Assembly (NCBI GenBank): GCA_963848965.1
Contig: CAWKFG010000002.1
Coordinates: 1,191-65,190 of the forward strand
Direction: 5' to 3'
Origin: an uncultured bacterium
GTDB lineage: Bacteria > Babelota > Babeliae > Babelales > Babelaceae
Length of the DNA stretch: 64,000 nt
Shown: positions 54,786 through 64,000 of the stretch, piece by piece
Position numbering within the stretch: position 1 is the stretch's first letter
Layout of the letters: each line of letters starts with the position of its first letter
Program-made: the position numbers and the translations under genes
The notes under the pieces: generated by a model
Seen by the model: only the letters and a program-made list of their open reading frames with translations
What the model was told of the DNA's origin: nothing
Database searches by the model: none

Positions 54786-55754
54786 ATGATAAAGTATATT
54801 TTCCTAGTTCTTATCGGTATCTGCACCTATTCAATAGCTACTAATAAGGTAGATTTTGATGCTTCTTTAGGCAAAAATGACTCTTATTTTGGCACATATT
54901 ATACGCAATGCATGAGTGCGTTTAATAAAGTAGGAAGCCAATGGGCATATCTAGGAACCTGCCCTGAACCTATTGGACCTTTAGTAACACTATGCCGTTC
55001 TCTTTACTATAAAAATCCATTGCCAACAACCTTACGTACGCCTGCACAACCTAAAATCCCTTTAAAAATTCACCAAATATGGCTTGGCAGTCCTTTTCCT
55101 GATAAATACAAAGCATGGCAAAAGACATGGCAATCAATGCCAGGGTTTGAGTATAAACTATGGACAGATGCTGACGTAGAAAAAATGGATTTTGATGTAA
55201 AAGATATCTATCTAAAGTCCAAAAACTATGGGCAACGCTCTGATATACTTCGAATGGTTATCTTAGAAAGAGAAGGTGGTATGTATATAGATACCGATTT
55301 TGAATGTATCTCACCAGAGTTTTTTAAGCTTCTGCACTGCACCTATGACTTTTACACAGGTTTACACCCTTTAGATGCAGAAACATTTGCCTTAGAAAAT
55401 GCGCTTATAGGCTCTATTCCTCATCATCCTATAGTCAAAGCATATCTTAAGCAGTTAAAAGATATATGGAACAAAACTTCAATTAACGATTACGACGAAG
55501 TGGTCATAAAAACGGGTCCCGGTCTTTTTACACGAGCATTTTCTCAAGAAGCAGGTAAAAAGTATAAAGATATAGCATTGCCTCCTACATTCTTTTATCC
55601 TCTTGGGCTTCATCAATGGGACTTTTTAAAGCGCTTTAGCTATGAGAGTATTAAAGCTAAAGTTTTAAAACCAGAGTCTGCTGCCATACATTGGTGGCAT
55701 GGAACATGGAAAGCTCCTCAATCTAAAGTTAAAGGAAGCTCAAAGAGACGCTAG
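54786..55754 (+). CDS. signal-anchored GT32-like glycosyltransferase (DXD sugar-binding region)
   Basis: IPLKIHQIWLG....P.......W and SDILRMVILEREGGMYIDTDFECI match the Gly_transf_sug/GT32 (Och1-like) motifs. Confidence 0.7.
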   Translation: MIKYIFLVLIGICTYSIATNKVDFDASLGKNDSYFGTYYTQCMSAFNKVGSQWAYLGTCPEPIGPLVTLCRSLYYKNPLPTTLRTPAQPKIPLKIHQIWLGSPFPDKYKAWQKTWQSMPGFEYKLWTDADVEKMDFDVKDIYLKSKNYGQRSDILRMVILEREGGMYIDTDFECISPEFFKLLHCTYDFYTGLHPLDAETFALENALIGSIPHHPIVKAYLKQLKDIWNKTSINDYDEVVIKTGPGLFTRAFSQEAGKKYKDIALPPTFFYPLGLHQWDFLKRFSYESIKAKVLKPESAAIHWWHGTWKAPQSKVKGSSKRR

Positions 55755-55788
55755 AGCTCCCTTTAATCTCGAGTTTGCTTTTTCCTCT

Positions 55789-56949
55789 TTATTTCTTTTT
55801 TCTTGTACGTTTAATCAGCAAATAGCCTTCATCTTGTTTCTTAAAGACCTTTAGATGTGCTTTTATAATATTGTTATAGTTCAATTCATGATAGCAAAGT
55901 TCTAACTCAGTTCTTAATTTTCTTCTTAAGGAAGTATCTTTTATTGTTTGCTCTATTGTTGCAACAAAAATTTCAGGATCTTTAGGTGTCCTAATTGTAC
56001 CTGCTACAAGATCCATATAATGAGTAGAATCAGTAACTACTGTTGGTAATCGAGCAGCTATGAATTGAGCTGCTGCTCCCGATACCGATCTTGTATCCAT
56101 ACCAGCCCACAAATAGCCTAAATCAGAAATATAGAGCCTTCTACTCAATTCTTTTTGATCTAAAAACTTAGTTATATGTATTACCTGAGCTTTTAGTTGA
56201 TATTTTTCCACCACGTCCCTTACTTTAGCATGCTCAACCGCACATAATTCTGGAGTAAACGTATTATAAGAGGTTAAAAGTTGAACTTTATGGTTTGGAT
56301 TAGATTTTAACCAAGGAACTAAAAACTCCAAAATAGGACCAAATTGCTTCCAATTAGCCATAAAACCTGTAGTAGTTAATATAATATCATTTGTATTAAA
56401 GCCATACTTTACTCGTAATCGCTTTCTAAATTCTTGCGTTCTTATCAAAGGAGGCTCAAAAACAGGAACACCGTGATGCACCATATTGATCTTACCTGTT
56501 TCCTCAAAAAATAAAGAAGGCTTATGATAAATGCATTGATCAAAAAGATGAATCAAACGATGCATATCATTTGATTCATAATGAACAATAGCTACTACTT
56601 TGATACCATTAACACGAAGATTTTGAATTAATGGCAATAAAACTTCAGTAGAGGGAAGTATCCCTGGTTCATATTGAATATTCAATACCTGTATTCCGTC
56701 TTGCTTTACTTGTTCTAATAACTCATTTGGGCTTAAAGTGTGTGGATAAACAAATACTGAATGTCCTGCCTTTTTAAGGGCTACGTATAAATTCTTTGTG
56801 TAGATAGCAATTCCACATTTAATGTTCCAAGAACTCCAATAGCCAACTCTTAGATTCGAGTTATCTACTAGAAAATTTCTTTTATGGTTTTCTCCATTCA
56901 AGCAAAAACTTACTAATATTGTTAAAATATAACGTGCTATAATTCTCAT
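55789..56949 (-). CDS. GT-B (GT4-like) glycosyltransferase
   Basis: 386 aa. The N-terminal RVGYWSSWNIKCGIAIYTKNL pattern and a C-terminal ...GAAAQFIAARLPTVVTD segment resemble group-1 glycosyltransferases. The N-terminus is hydrophobic. Confidence 0.45.
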   Translation of the reverse strand: MRIIARYILTILVSFCLNGENHKRNFLVDNSNLRVGYWSSWNIKCGIAIYTKNLYVALKKAGHSVFVYPHTLSPNELLEQVKQDGIQVLNIQYEPGILPSTEVLLPLIQNLRVNGIKVVAIVHYESNDMHRLIHLFDQCIYHKPSLFFEETGKINMVHHGVPVFEPPLIRTQEFRKRLRVKYGFNTNDIILTTTGFMANWKQFGPILEFLVPWLKSNPNHKVQLLTSYNTFTPELCAVEHAKVRDVVEKYQLKAQVIHITKFLDQKELSRRLYISDLGYLWAGMDTRSVSGAAAQFIAARLPTVVTDSTHYMDLVAGTIRTPKDPEIFVATIEQTIKDTSLRRKLRTELELCYHELNYNNIIKAHLKVFKKQDEGYLLIKRTRKKK

Positions 56950-57094
56950 TTTGCTCCTTTAAACTAGCAATTACAGTGACCCCTTCAATGTTTTACCTTA
57001 AACAAACATTTAAAGTAGTGTCAACAGATTAGATGCCAATTCTTTGTCGGTTAGCAGAATTTGAATTAAACTCTAAAAATTAAAACTAGCAGTC

Positions 57095-58120
57095 CTATAA
57101 AGAAGGTAAAACTTGGCTTTGTGATTTCTGTGAGTTTTCTATTTTATAGTGTGCTATTACTTCTTTAGCACTTGCTTGGAAATGGAGAGCTTTAAACTTT
57201 ATTTGCATATCAAGACCTTTATTATAACAAACAGGATAGCCATCAAAAAACTTGATATCTTTTATCTCTATCTTAGAGCCATCTTTTAATCTTACTGTCT
57301 TCATTTCATAACTTCGGTAAATCTCTCCCGTCCATTGGGGAGCAAATATAGAAGAGTCAAAAGTAGATTGATCTATAATCTGTGTTAAACTACAAATCTT
57401 CAATTTACTTTGGTATCTTTTTACAAAAATTGGAAAAAGAGGAATATCGTCTATAATATGAGTCCATGATTTAGATAGGTCATATTGCTTGGCAAGCATA
57501 CTTATTGTTTGCTTATCATTATAAAAATCAATAAGAAAGGTATTCAGCTCTTGAATAGAACTTAAATTCCAAAAGGAAATCATACCTACTTCTCCATTTA
57601 CTAAAGCTATATCAAAATCTTTGTAATTTTTATAATATTCTTCTGTAGCATTACAATAAAGCATTACATCTGACTCAATATAAAGAGCTACCGGTATAGA
57701 ATTTTTTCTTATAAATTCCCCTAAAATAAACCAGCGCTGAAAGACCGTTATACCCCACTCATAACTACAGGAGGTAAGGTGAGTATATAATGAAGCAAAG
57801 TAGCTAGCAGACGTATAGTAATCTGCTATATTATAATGCTCAATTCCTAAATGTGAGTAATGACTATTGCTTGCGTCTCCAATCAAGATAACTCGATCAT
57901 TAAATTGTTTGGCCTGATACAATGTATGCTCCAAATAATGAGGATCATTTTTATGTACGAAAATAACTGGAATACTAGTATTTAAATTATCTTTACTATC
58001 TACAGCATATAGAGAAGTTTCGATTCCTGTTATTAATAAGTACAATACTAGATATCTCTTTAAAAGCATGCATCTTCTCCTCAATTTTAACAAAAACCAA
58101 CAAAATCCCTTATTTTTCAT
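57095..58120 (-). CDS. hypothetical signal-anchored protein in the glycosyltransferase cluster
   Basis: ORF of 341 aa (324 aa if the ATG at 58069 is used, giving MLLKRYLVLYLLITGIETSLYA). No motif recognised. Confidence 0.3.
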   Translation of the reverse strand: MKNKGFCWFLLKLRRRCMLLKRYLVLYLLITGIETSLYAVDSKDNLNTSIPVIFVHKNDPHYLEHTLYQAKQFNDRVILIGDASNSHYSHLGIEHYNIADYYTSASYFASLYTHLTSCSYEWGITVFQRWFILGEFIRKNSIPVALYIESDVMLYCNATEEYYKNYKDFDIALVNGEVGMISFWNLSSIQELNTFLIDFYNDKQTISMLAKQYDLSKSWTHIIDDIPLFPIFVKRYQSKLKICSLTQIIDQSTFDSSIFAPQWTGEIYRSYEMKTVRLKDGSKIEIKDIKFFDGYPVCYNKGLDMQIKFKALHFQASAKEVIAHYKIENSQKSQSQVLPSL

Positions 58121-58210
58121 TTAAGAGCTCTTGACCACTACTTCGCGCAGCTATTCGATTTTACTTCTGTATAAAATAAGATAAACACTTATCTATGTCT
58201 AATAAATTAC

Positions 58211-59392
58211 TTAAGGCTTAAAAGTAAATAAGTATTTATCTTGATCAAAAACATCTAACTTCATTCTATCAAGCCCAAGCTGTTGTACCAGCCCAGGATG
58301 CATACTAATACCTTCGTCATTTCCAACATGTATGGCTCTATTGACAACAGTTTCTATCTTTACATAATCCGCCATCCAAAGAATAAGTGCCATCATATTA
58401 TCTAATTCAATCCAACATTCCTTAGAAGTATAAAGTCCTTCAATAGCTTTATATGTATGAGGGCAAGAGAAAGCTTTCTTATCTTTCTCTCTTAACCGCA
58501 GTAGCTCAGGAAAATTAGTAGTTCCTTGTGTTCGAGCAACTAATTTTTGTTGTACAAGACTCTTTATCCACGCTTTTATTTTCCAAGCATCTTTCCAGCT
58601 CTCCACTTTAGATCGAGCTCTGGCAAACTCTTCAGTATGTGGGATTTCATCAAGAAAGCTTTCGTATTCATAGAGAATATGTTTTGTACCATCCCAGAAT
58701 TTTTTATCTAAACAGTAAGTTACGAAACTCCACCAATGCAAGGGTTCCCGTACCCAATCAAGTCTCTTAGCTTTTATTTCTCTATCTAAAAAGCAATAAG
58801 ACCAACAAGATACCATTCCTACATTATGGTAATTATCTGTTGCCCACTTATGTAAATTAAGAGTTAGTTCAATGTAAGAGGGACTTACCATTAAATCCTC
58901 CTCAAAGAGGATAGTTTTGCTATATCCACACCAATCAAACATAAAACGCAATGCATCAATTTGGTTTTTAGGACATCCATAGTTTCTTGGCCTAAAAATA
59001 ATATTTTTATGCTTAATTGATGATTTCTGTATGAGGTCTGCATTCTCCGTCTGCTTTGCACGAGGACCACCATCTAAAAAGAAATAGAAGGGGAGTGTTT
59101 GAGCCTCTGGATTCTGTTCTAATGATTTAACAAGCTGCGCTAGATAATGAGGCCTATTATAACATATAATAGCAATGCCTACTGGCTCACTCATACGGTT
59201 TGAAGTGTCCCTATATAAAGAGTCATAACCATAAGACTCTAAAGAAGGGATTGTATTATTATTGCTATTCTCTGTTTGACAAATCGAGTGAGACATCGAG
59301 AGTAAAGTTATAAGAAAGAGAAAAATAGTTTTCTCTTTTCTAAAAATAAAGCTTAATTTTTGACAATTAAGAGGCTTATAATTTTCCATCAT
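58211..59392 (-). CDS. signal-anchored GT-A glycosyltransferase, GNT-I (GT13)-like
   Basis: VGIAIICYNRPHYLAQLVKSLEQ and ILFEEDLMVSPSYIE resemble the GlcNAc-transferase I family (CNRP.YL and the EDD motif). Confidence 0.45.
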   Translation of the reverse strand: MMENYKPLNCQKLSFIFRKEKTIFLFLITLLSMSHSICQTENSNNNTIPSLESYGYDSLYRDTSNRMSEPVGIAIICYNRPHYLAQLVKSLEQNPEAQTLPFYFFLDGGPRAKQTENADLIQKSSIKHKNIIFRPRNYGCPKNQIDALRFMFDWCGYSKTILFEEDLMVSPSYIELTLNLHKWATDNYHNVGMVSCWSYCFLDREIKAKRLDWVREPLHWWSFVTYCLDKKFWDGTKHILYEYESFLDEIPHTEEFARARSKVESWKDAWKIKAWIKSLVQQKLVARTQGTTNFPELLRLREKDKKAFSCPHTYKAIEGLYTSKECWIELDNMMALILWMADYVKIETVVNRAIHVGNDEGISMHPGLVQQLGLDRMKLDVFDQDKYLFTFKP

Positions 59393-59720
59393 TTAGTTTC
59401 CTATGGTAAATTTTAGTTCTACATTTTTATCAAAAGTCTTAATTTTAGCTTAAATCCATTAATAGGATTATAATTGAAAGCTAACCTCTCTCCTTACTTA
59501 GCTATTATTCACTTCAAAATTACTTAAATTTTAATTCAATAGAAAGGGAAAAAACAAGAATTGGTAACAGAAGATAAAAATATATTCAGGAGGTATCAAT
59601 ACAGCCTACAAGTGCATAAATAGTAACTCTAGAAAATATAGAGCTATATATCAGTAAATAAAGGCACAGGAACCTAGAAAAAATGAACTGATACATCTAA
59701 AAGATCAAGCCCTACTGAGC

Positions 59721-59750
59721 ACTAAGGAGCTTGCGTTCAAGCTCCTTAGT
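59721..59750. repeat. perfect 13-bp inverted repeat (hairpin)
   Basis: ACTAAGGAGCTTG-CGTT-CAAGCTCCTTAGT, about 150 nt downstream of the ugd stop. No adjacent T-run on either strand. Confidence 0.6.
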
Positions 59751-59901
59751 AAGCCCGCTTACCATAACTAAGATAAAATTCGAAGTTCCCAGAGAGCCCT
59801 GCCTAACTTCTCTTTACCCTAAAGATACTAATAATTTTAAGCTTCAATGTACCAAAAACATCATAGAATTATGTCTTCTACAAACGGCTAACCATCTATG
59901 T

Positions 59902-61314
59902 TTATATGACGTAAGCATTTCCTATATTTTTATAGATGAATCCTAAATTTTTTAATTGCTTCACATTTATTATATTGCGCGCATCAAACATCACAGGAGC
60001 ATGCATCAGTGCATGTACTTTGTTAAGATCCATAACCTTAAATTCTTCCCATTCAGTAAGTACTATAGCAGCATCTGCATTTTCTACAGCATCCCAAATC
60101 GATTCGCAGTATGTAATCTTAGGGATGAGCTTTTTCATGCTATTCATTGCCATAGGATCATATGCTTTAACACGTGCACCTGCATTTTGCAAAAGCTCTA
60201 TAATAGCAATTGCAGGTGAAGACCGAACGTCGTCAGTGTTTGCTTTAAACGCTAACCCTAATATTGCTATCGTTTTATCGCGAATAGAACCGCCTAATAA
60301 AGATATAAGTTTATGAAATATCTTGCTTTTGTGTTCTTCATTTGCAATAAGTACAGATTCTAATATTTTAAGCTCATTTTTTAGGGCTTTGCCCTTGTAA
60401 ACAAGTTCATGAGAGTCTTTAGGAAAACAGGAACCTCCAAAACCTGGCCCTGGCTTTAAAAATTGTGACCCAATACGGGGGTCCATTCCTATTCCCTTTA
60501 CTACTTCAATTATATCTGCTCCAACACCTTCACAAAGGTCTGCAAGCTCATTTACAAAGGCTACTTTTGTTGCTAAAAATGCATTTGATCCATATTTAAT
60601 CATCTCTGCACTTACAATACCTGTATACAGAAAAGGCACTTTGCGCTTGTGAAAGTCCTGGTAAATCTCATCCATGATATGACGAGCTCTCTTTGATTGC
60701 ACACCTAAGACAATACGATATGGATAAAGAAAGTCTTGAATAGCACTTCCTTCTTTTAAGAATTCAGGATTTGAGACTATATCAAAAGAATGCTTTCCCT
60801 GCAAAGAAGTTTTTATAAGCATTTCAACTTTATGTGTCGTTCCTATAGGAACCGTACTTTTAGTGCAAATAACTTTATATTCGGTTAGATTCTGTCCTAT
60901 GAGCCTTGCAACACTTTTAACTGCAGAAGTATCTGCTTTCCCATTTGGCTTCATTGGAGTACTTACAGCAATAAAAATTACTTCACTCTTTTTAATAGCT
61001 TCTGCAGGATTATCAGTAAAAGAGATATTTCTTTTTGTGATTACTTCAGAAAGCATCTCATCTAGGCCCTGCTCATAAATAGGCGATTTTCCCTCTCTTA
61101 AAGTGCTTATTTTTTGCTTATCTGTGTCGGCACATATAACATAATGACCTTGATGAGCAAAGCATACTCCTGTTACAAGTCCAACATATCCTGTGCCTAT
61201 AATTGCTATGTGCTTAGGGTTCGATTTAGTTGGGCAAAACGATAATAAAGCTACAATGAAAAAAGTAAAAAAAGTTAATTTAATCTGCTTAACAAGCATC
61301 TTTATACTACTCAT
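59902..61314 (-). CDS. ugd: UDP-glucose 6-dehydrogenase with an N-terminal hydrophobic extension
   Basis: IAIIGTGYVGLVTGVCFA (Rossmann fold), GGSCFPKD (catalytic Cys) and the UDPG_MGDP_dh domains. It is preceded by about 33 extra residues, including LTFFTFFIVALLSF. Confidence 0.9.
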   Translation of the reverse strand: MSSIKMLVKQIKLTFFTFFIVALLSFCPTKSNPKHIAIIGTGYVGLVTGVCFAHQGHYVICADTDKQKISTLREGKSPIYEQGLDEMLSEVITKRNISFTDNPAEAIKKSEVIFIAVSTPMKPNGKADTSAVKSVARLIGQNLTEYKVICTKSTVPIGTTHKVEMLIKTSLQGKHSFDIVSNPEFLKEGSAIQDFLYPYRIVLGVQSKRARHIMDEIYQDFHKRKVPFLYTGIVSAEMIKYGSNAFLATKVAFVNELADLCEGVGADIIEVVKGIGMDPRIGSQFLKPGPGFGGSCFPKDSHELVYKGKALKNELKILESVLIANEEHKSKIFHKLISLLGGSIRDKTIAILGLAFKANTDDVRSSPAIAIIELLQNAGARVKAYDPMAMNSMKKLIPKITYCESIWDAVENADAAIVLTEWEEFKVMDLNKVHALMHAPVMFDARNIINVKQLKNLGFIYKNIGNAYVI

Positions 61315-61592
61315 CTAATTCTCCTAATAAAATTTTGCTTTTCTAAAACTGTTTCAGCCAACTTACTACAGTGTCGTAAAAAAGATCAAGATCACTCTTA
61401 CGCATAACAGCATAATATCAGTAATTGGTTTTAAAGAGACTGATTACAAATTGCTCTCTAGTAAGCAATAGATAACAGAAACACCTTAAGTATAACAATT
61501 CGTTATCACTTTTATCAGTGTAAAGTATAATAAAATAAATCTGAATAATTAAGAGAGGAGACAATTTTAGAACGCTTTAAAGGCTTATTAGT

Positions 61593-61620
61593 AAAGGAGA
61601 GCAAGGCTGCTCTCCTTTTT
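61593..61620 (+). terminator. orphan terminator-like hairpin
   Basis: AAAGGAGAGC-AAGGCT-GCTCTCCTTT followed by TT. It is plus-oriented, although both flanking genes are on the minus strand. Confidence 0.3.
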
Positions 61621-61663
61621 GATAATTCCTAGACCTCTTAAGCACATTGATTACTACTTTATA

Positions 61664-62488
61664 TTATTCCAAACTATCAAGGGGAGCATATGGTTTCTTG
61701 GTCCTTACGCTTGCTTCTAACTTAAGCTGGAGAGTTCTATCTATATGATGGTTACTAATAGGATTCCCAACATTATAGAGATAAATTATATCTGGAATGA
61801 ATTTAATATGACCTTTAGATGCCATCTCCAATAGAGGAAACATCATGGCCAGATCAGATGCCATCCGATAGAATTTACCTTCTTCGTCAAGTAAGTCTTC
61901 TCTTTTTATTTTTTTAAAGAGCTTTGCTCTATATGTTTTCAGATGACTGGTTACCCAAGGATACTTTCTAAAAGCATTTTCCTGTATTACCCATTGAGGA
62001 AGTTTTGCACAACAGCCCCGAGCTCCACTTGGATAATCCTTGAAAGAGCCATAAGTAAGCCATGTATTTTTATCTTTATATTCTTTTTCCACTCGAGCAA
62101 AAGCACCTGGCACTAGATAATCATCCCCATCTACTTGGACAACTATCTTATGATCAGGACATCCATGCACTACATTATAAATGTTTTCTAATGAACGGCC
62201 TACCCGTACTTTGTTATCAATAATTTTAACTTTAGGTTTAATATCATGCTCATCACGATACTTATTAATGAGATGTAGTGTTTTATCAGTAGAATCATCA
62301 TTAACGATAATGACTTCAAAGGGAGACTCAAGCTCTTGGGTTACTACTGTCTCTAAATTTTTTTCACAATACTTTTCATTGTTATAGGTCGTTATAATTA
62401 CAACAAACTCAAGAGGCTCTTCGTTTGTAGAATATATACATACAAAGTTAGTAACTAAAAGAATGCTAAAAAATATTTTTTGGTTCAT
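61664..62488 (-). CDS. GT2-family glycosyltransferase (signal-anchored)
   Basis: FVVIITTYNNEKY...VIIVNDDSTDKT and VDGDDYL are the classic GT2 motifs. The N-terminus is hydrophobic. Confidence 0.85.
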   Translation of the reverse strand: MNQKIFFSILLVTNFVCIYSTNEEPLEFVVIITTYNNEKYCEKNLETVVTQELESPFEVIIVNDDSTDKTLHLINKYRDEHDIKPKVKIIDNKVRVGRSLENIYNVVHGCPDHKIVVQVDGDDYLVPGAFARVEKEYKDKNTWLTYGSFKDYPSGARGCCAKLPQWVIQENAFRKYPWVTSHLKTYRAKLFKKIKREDLLDEEGKFYRMASDLAMMFPLLEMASKGHIKFIPDIIYLYNVGNPISNHHIDRTLQLKLEASVRTKKPYAPLDSLE

Positions 62489-62968
62489 AGTCGCTCTTTC
62501 GATAAAACTAGGATCAATTTTATTAATAAAGAATTACTCAATTTTCTTCCGTATAGCTTTTTAGTATTTCTTTTGTGATTTATTACACCCTAGTACTTAT
62601 ACTCATAATTTGTCAAGTAACTATAGGACATGGTTGAATTGTGAAATTAGATCTAATAATTTAAAGCAAAGAAATTGTTAAAGATCGGTCAATAGAGCTA
62701 GAGAGTCACTGCACAGCTTTAAGCCTATTATAACTTTCAATAACTTGCCTTCCTCTTAACAACGCTCTACTTCGAATCAATGCCTCTCGCTCCACGTCTG
62801 ATACGGATAATCATTTCATTCTAGCTTTCAAAAGCATGGGGTTTTCTGGTCATAGTAATAAAGTCTTTACTTCAATCCCTAGCCTATCCTAGTATTATCC
62901 AAAGGTTTATAGCTTTTAAAGTTAATAGACGCCTTCGTTAAACAATTTTATTTTAAAAGGAGAAATGT

Positions 62969-64000
62969 ATGTTACTCTTATATTTTGCTACCTTTGTTGT
63001 AGTAACCTCTGGCTCTACAAGGTCATTTGCTAATACAGAAGAACCTCTTGCTCTTATAAAATCAACTGAAATTACAAAAAATAAGCTCAAGGTTATTGTT
63101 AATCAGGAGTTTAAAAATAGGTACCTAAGAGAAGATTTCTTTATAAAATATAATGACAATGACATTGACCTAACCAAACTTGATTACTCTATAGTTATTA
63201 TGCCTTTTTTGTTAAACGTTATCTCAATGGTTTGGAATTCAGGCAAAAAATACACGATAGCTTCTCTAGATAGCGATCTCTATACATCCTTAGAGACTAT
63301 CAAAAAAATTTACGTAAAAATGTATCCTAACCTCAAATGGGCTGGAGAACTTATACCAGAAAAATTAGTAAAAAATATAATAAACTTTGATTCTTCTCAT
63401 TCAAATATCAACAAATCTGTAGCTCTTACCTTTAGCGGAGGAGTAGATTCAACTTTCTCTTTCTTTACTCATCTTGATGAGAATATACATCTAATTTCTG
63501 CAGGAGGACATCCCGATCAACCATTAAGCTCAAAAAGTATGTGGGAAGAAAGACAAAAGCAACTTCTTTCTTTTGCTCAAAAGTACAATCGGCCTCTCTT
63601 CTTTCTTGAGTCAAATTATATTACTTTTATTAATTGGGGTAGACTTAACAGCTTATCTCCTGCAATAACAGATTGGCGCTTAGGAACACTTGAAGGATTA
63701 AGTTTAACAGGTTTAGTTGCTCCTATACTTGTAAGTAAAAGGATTTCCCGACTCTATATCGCATCCTCCTATAGCTGGAGCTATCCTTATGCTACTGCAG
63801 CAAACCCGTTTGTAGATAACAACATCTGTTTTGCCAGAGATATAAGAGTTATTCACGATAGTTTTGACTTTTCACGATACGATAAGATTCGCTATATTGT
63901 CAACGCCTGTAAAGATAAAAATTTAAAGCCTTTTTTAAAAGCATGCGATAAACCTTCGCTTAGTAATTGCTGTGGAAGTTGGGATAGATGTAAAAAGTGC
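62969..64000 (+). CDS. PP-loop (SGGxDS) ATP-pyrophosphatase-family protein, partial (3' end outside the window)
   Basis: ATG at 62969 lies 6 nt after AGGAG. The frame is open for 344 codons to the window edge. It has a signal-like N-terminus, ALTFSGGVDSTFSF (PP-loop) and a Cys-rich end (NCCGSWDRCKKC). It is absent from the ORF track because it is unterminated. Confidence 0.5.
   Translation, partial: MLLLYFATFVVVTSGSTRSFANTEEPLALIKSTEITKNKLKVIVNQEFKNRYLREDFFIKYNDNDIDLTKLDYSIVIMPFLLNVISMVWNSGKKYTIASLDSDLYTSLETIKKIYVKMYPNLKWAGELIPEKLVKNIINFDSSHSNINKSVALTFSGGVDSTFSFFTHLDENIHLISAGGHPDQPLSSKSMWEERQKQLLSFAQKYNRPLFFLESNYITFINWGRLNSLSPAITDWRLGTLEGLSLTGLVAPILVSKRISRLYIASSYSWSYPYATAANPFVDNNICFARDIRVIHDSFDFSRYDKIRYIVNACKDKNLKPFLKACDKPSLSNCCGSWDRCKKC

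Noticed and set aside
1-64000. tRNA or rRNA genes.
   Set aside because: Scanning for T-arm-like GGTTCGA(A/T)TCC or its complement found only the tmRNA T-arm at 40981-41000. I recognised no rRNA-like conserved blocks. A tRNAscan or Infernal run would be needed for certainty.

Overview
This is an AT-rich, compact bacterial chromosome segment. I saw no rRNA or tRNA genes and one tmRNA gene. The housekeeping genes are a DEAD-box helicase, rpsA-ndk, nusB, efp, glyA, alaS, pth, a skp-like chaperone, a P-type ATPase, ssrA and smpB, an FKBP isomerase, a CDF transporter, tsaD, rho, secF, rpmA and thyX. Between them sits a heavy accessory load. It includes five type II toxin-antitoxin loci (three look intact, two are decayed) and one IS5-family insertion that splits a hydrolase gene in frame. 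It also includes a ~0.7-kb GIY-YIG cassette present twice, and an AAA+ (DUF4143-type) ATPase with a decayed paralogue. Many secreted or membrane-anchored proteins look eukaryote-like. These are four ankyrin-repeat proteins (three complete ones share an F-box-like LPxEL motif), a C4HC3 RING-like zinc-finger protein, exostosin-like, GT32-like and GNT-I-like glycosyltransferases, and a pentameric ligand-gated-channel-like protein. The right-hand 11 kb is a glycosylation island in which essentially every enzyme carries an N-terminal hydrophobic anchor. This gene content suggests an obligately host-associated or intracellular bacterium, which is inference only. The least explained signal is a ~365-nt GC-enriched, helix-dense non-coding locus at 40335-40699, next to ssrA, which I could not assign to any RNA family by eye.
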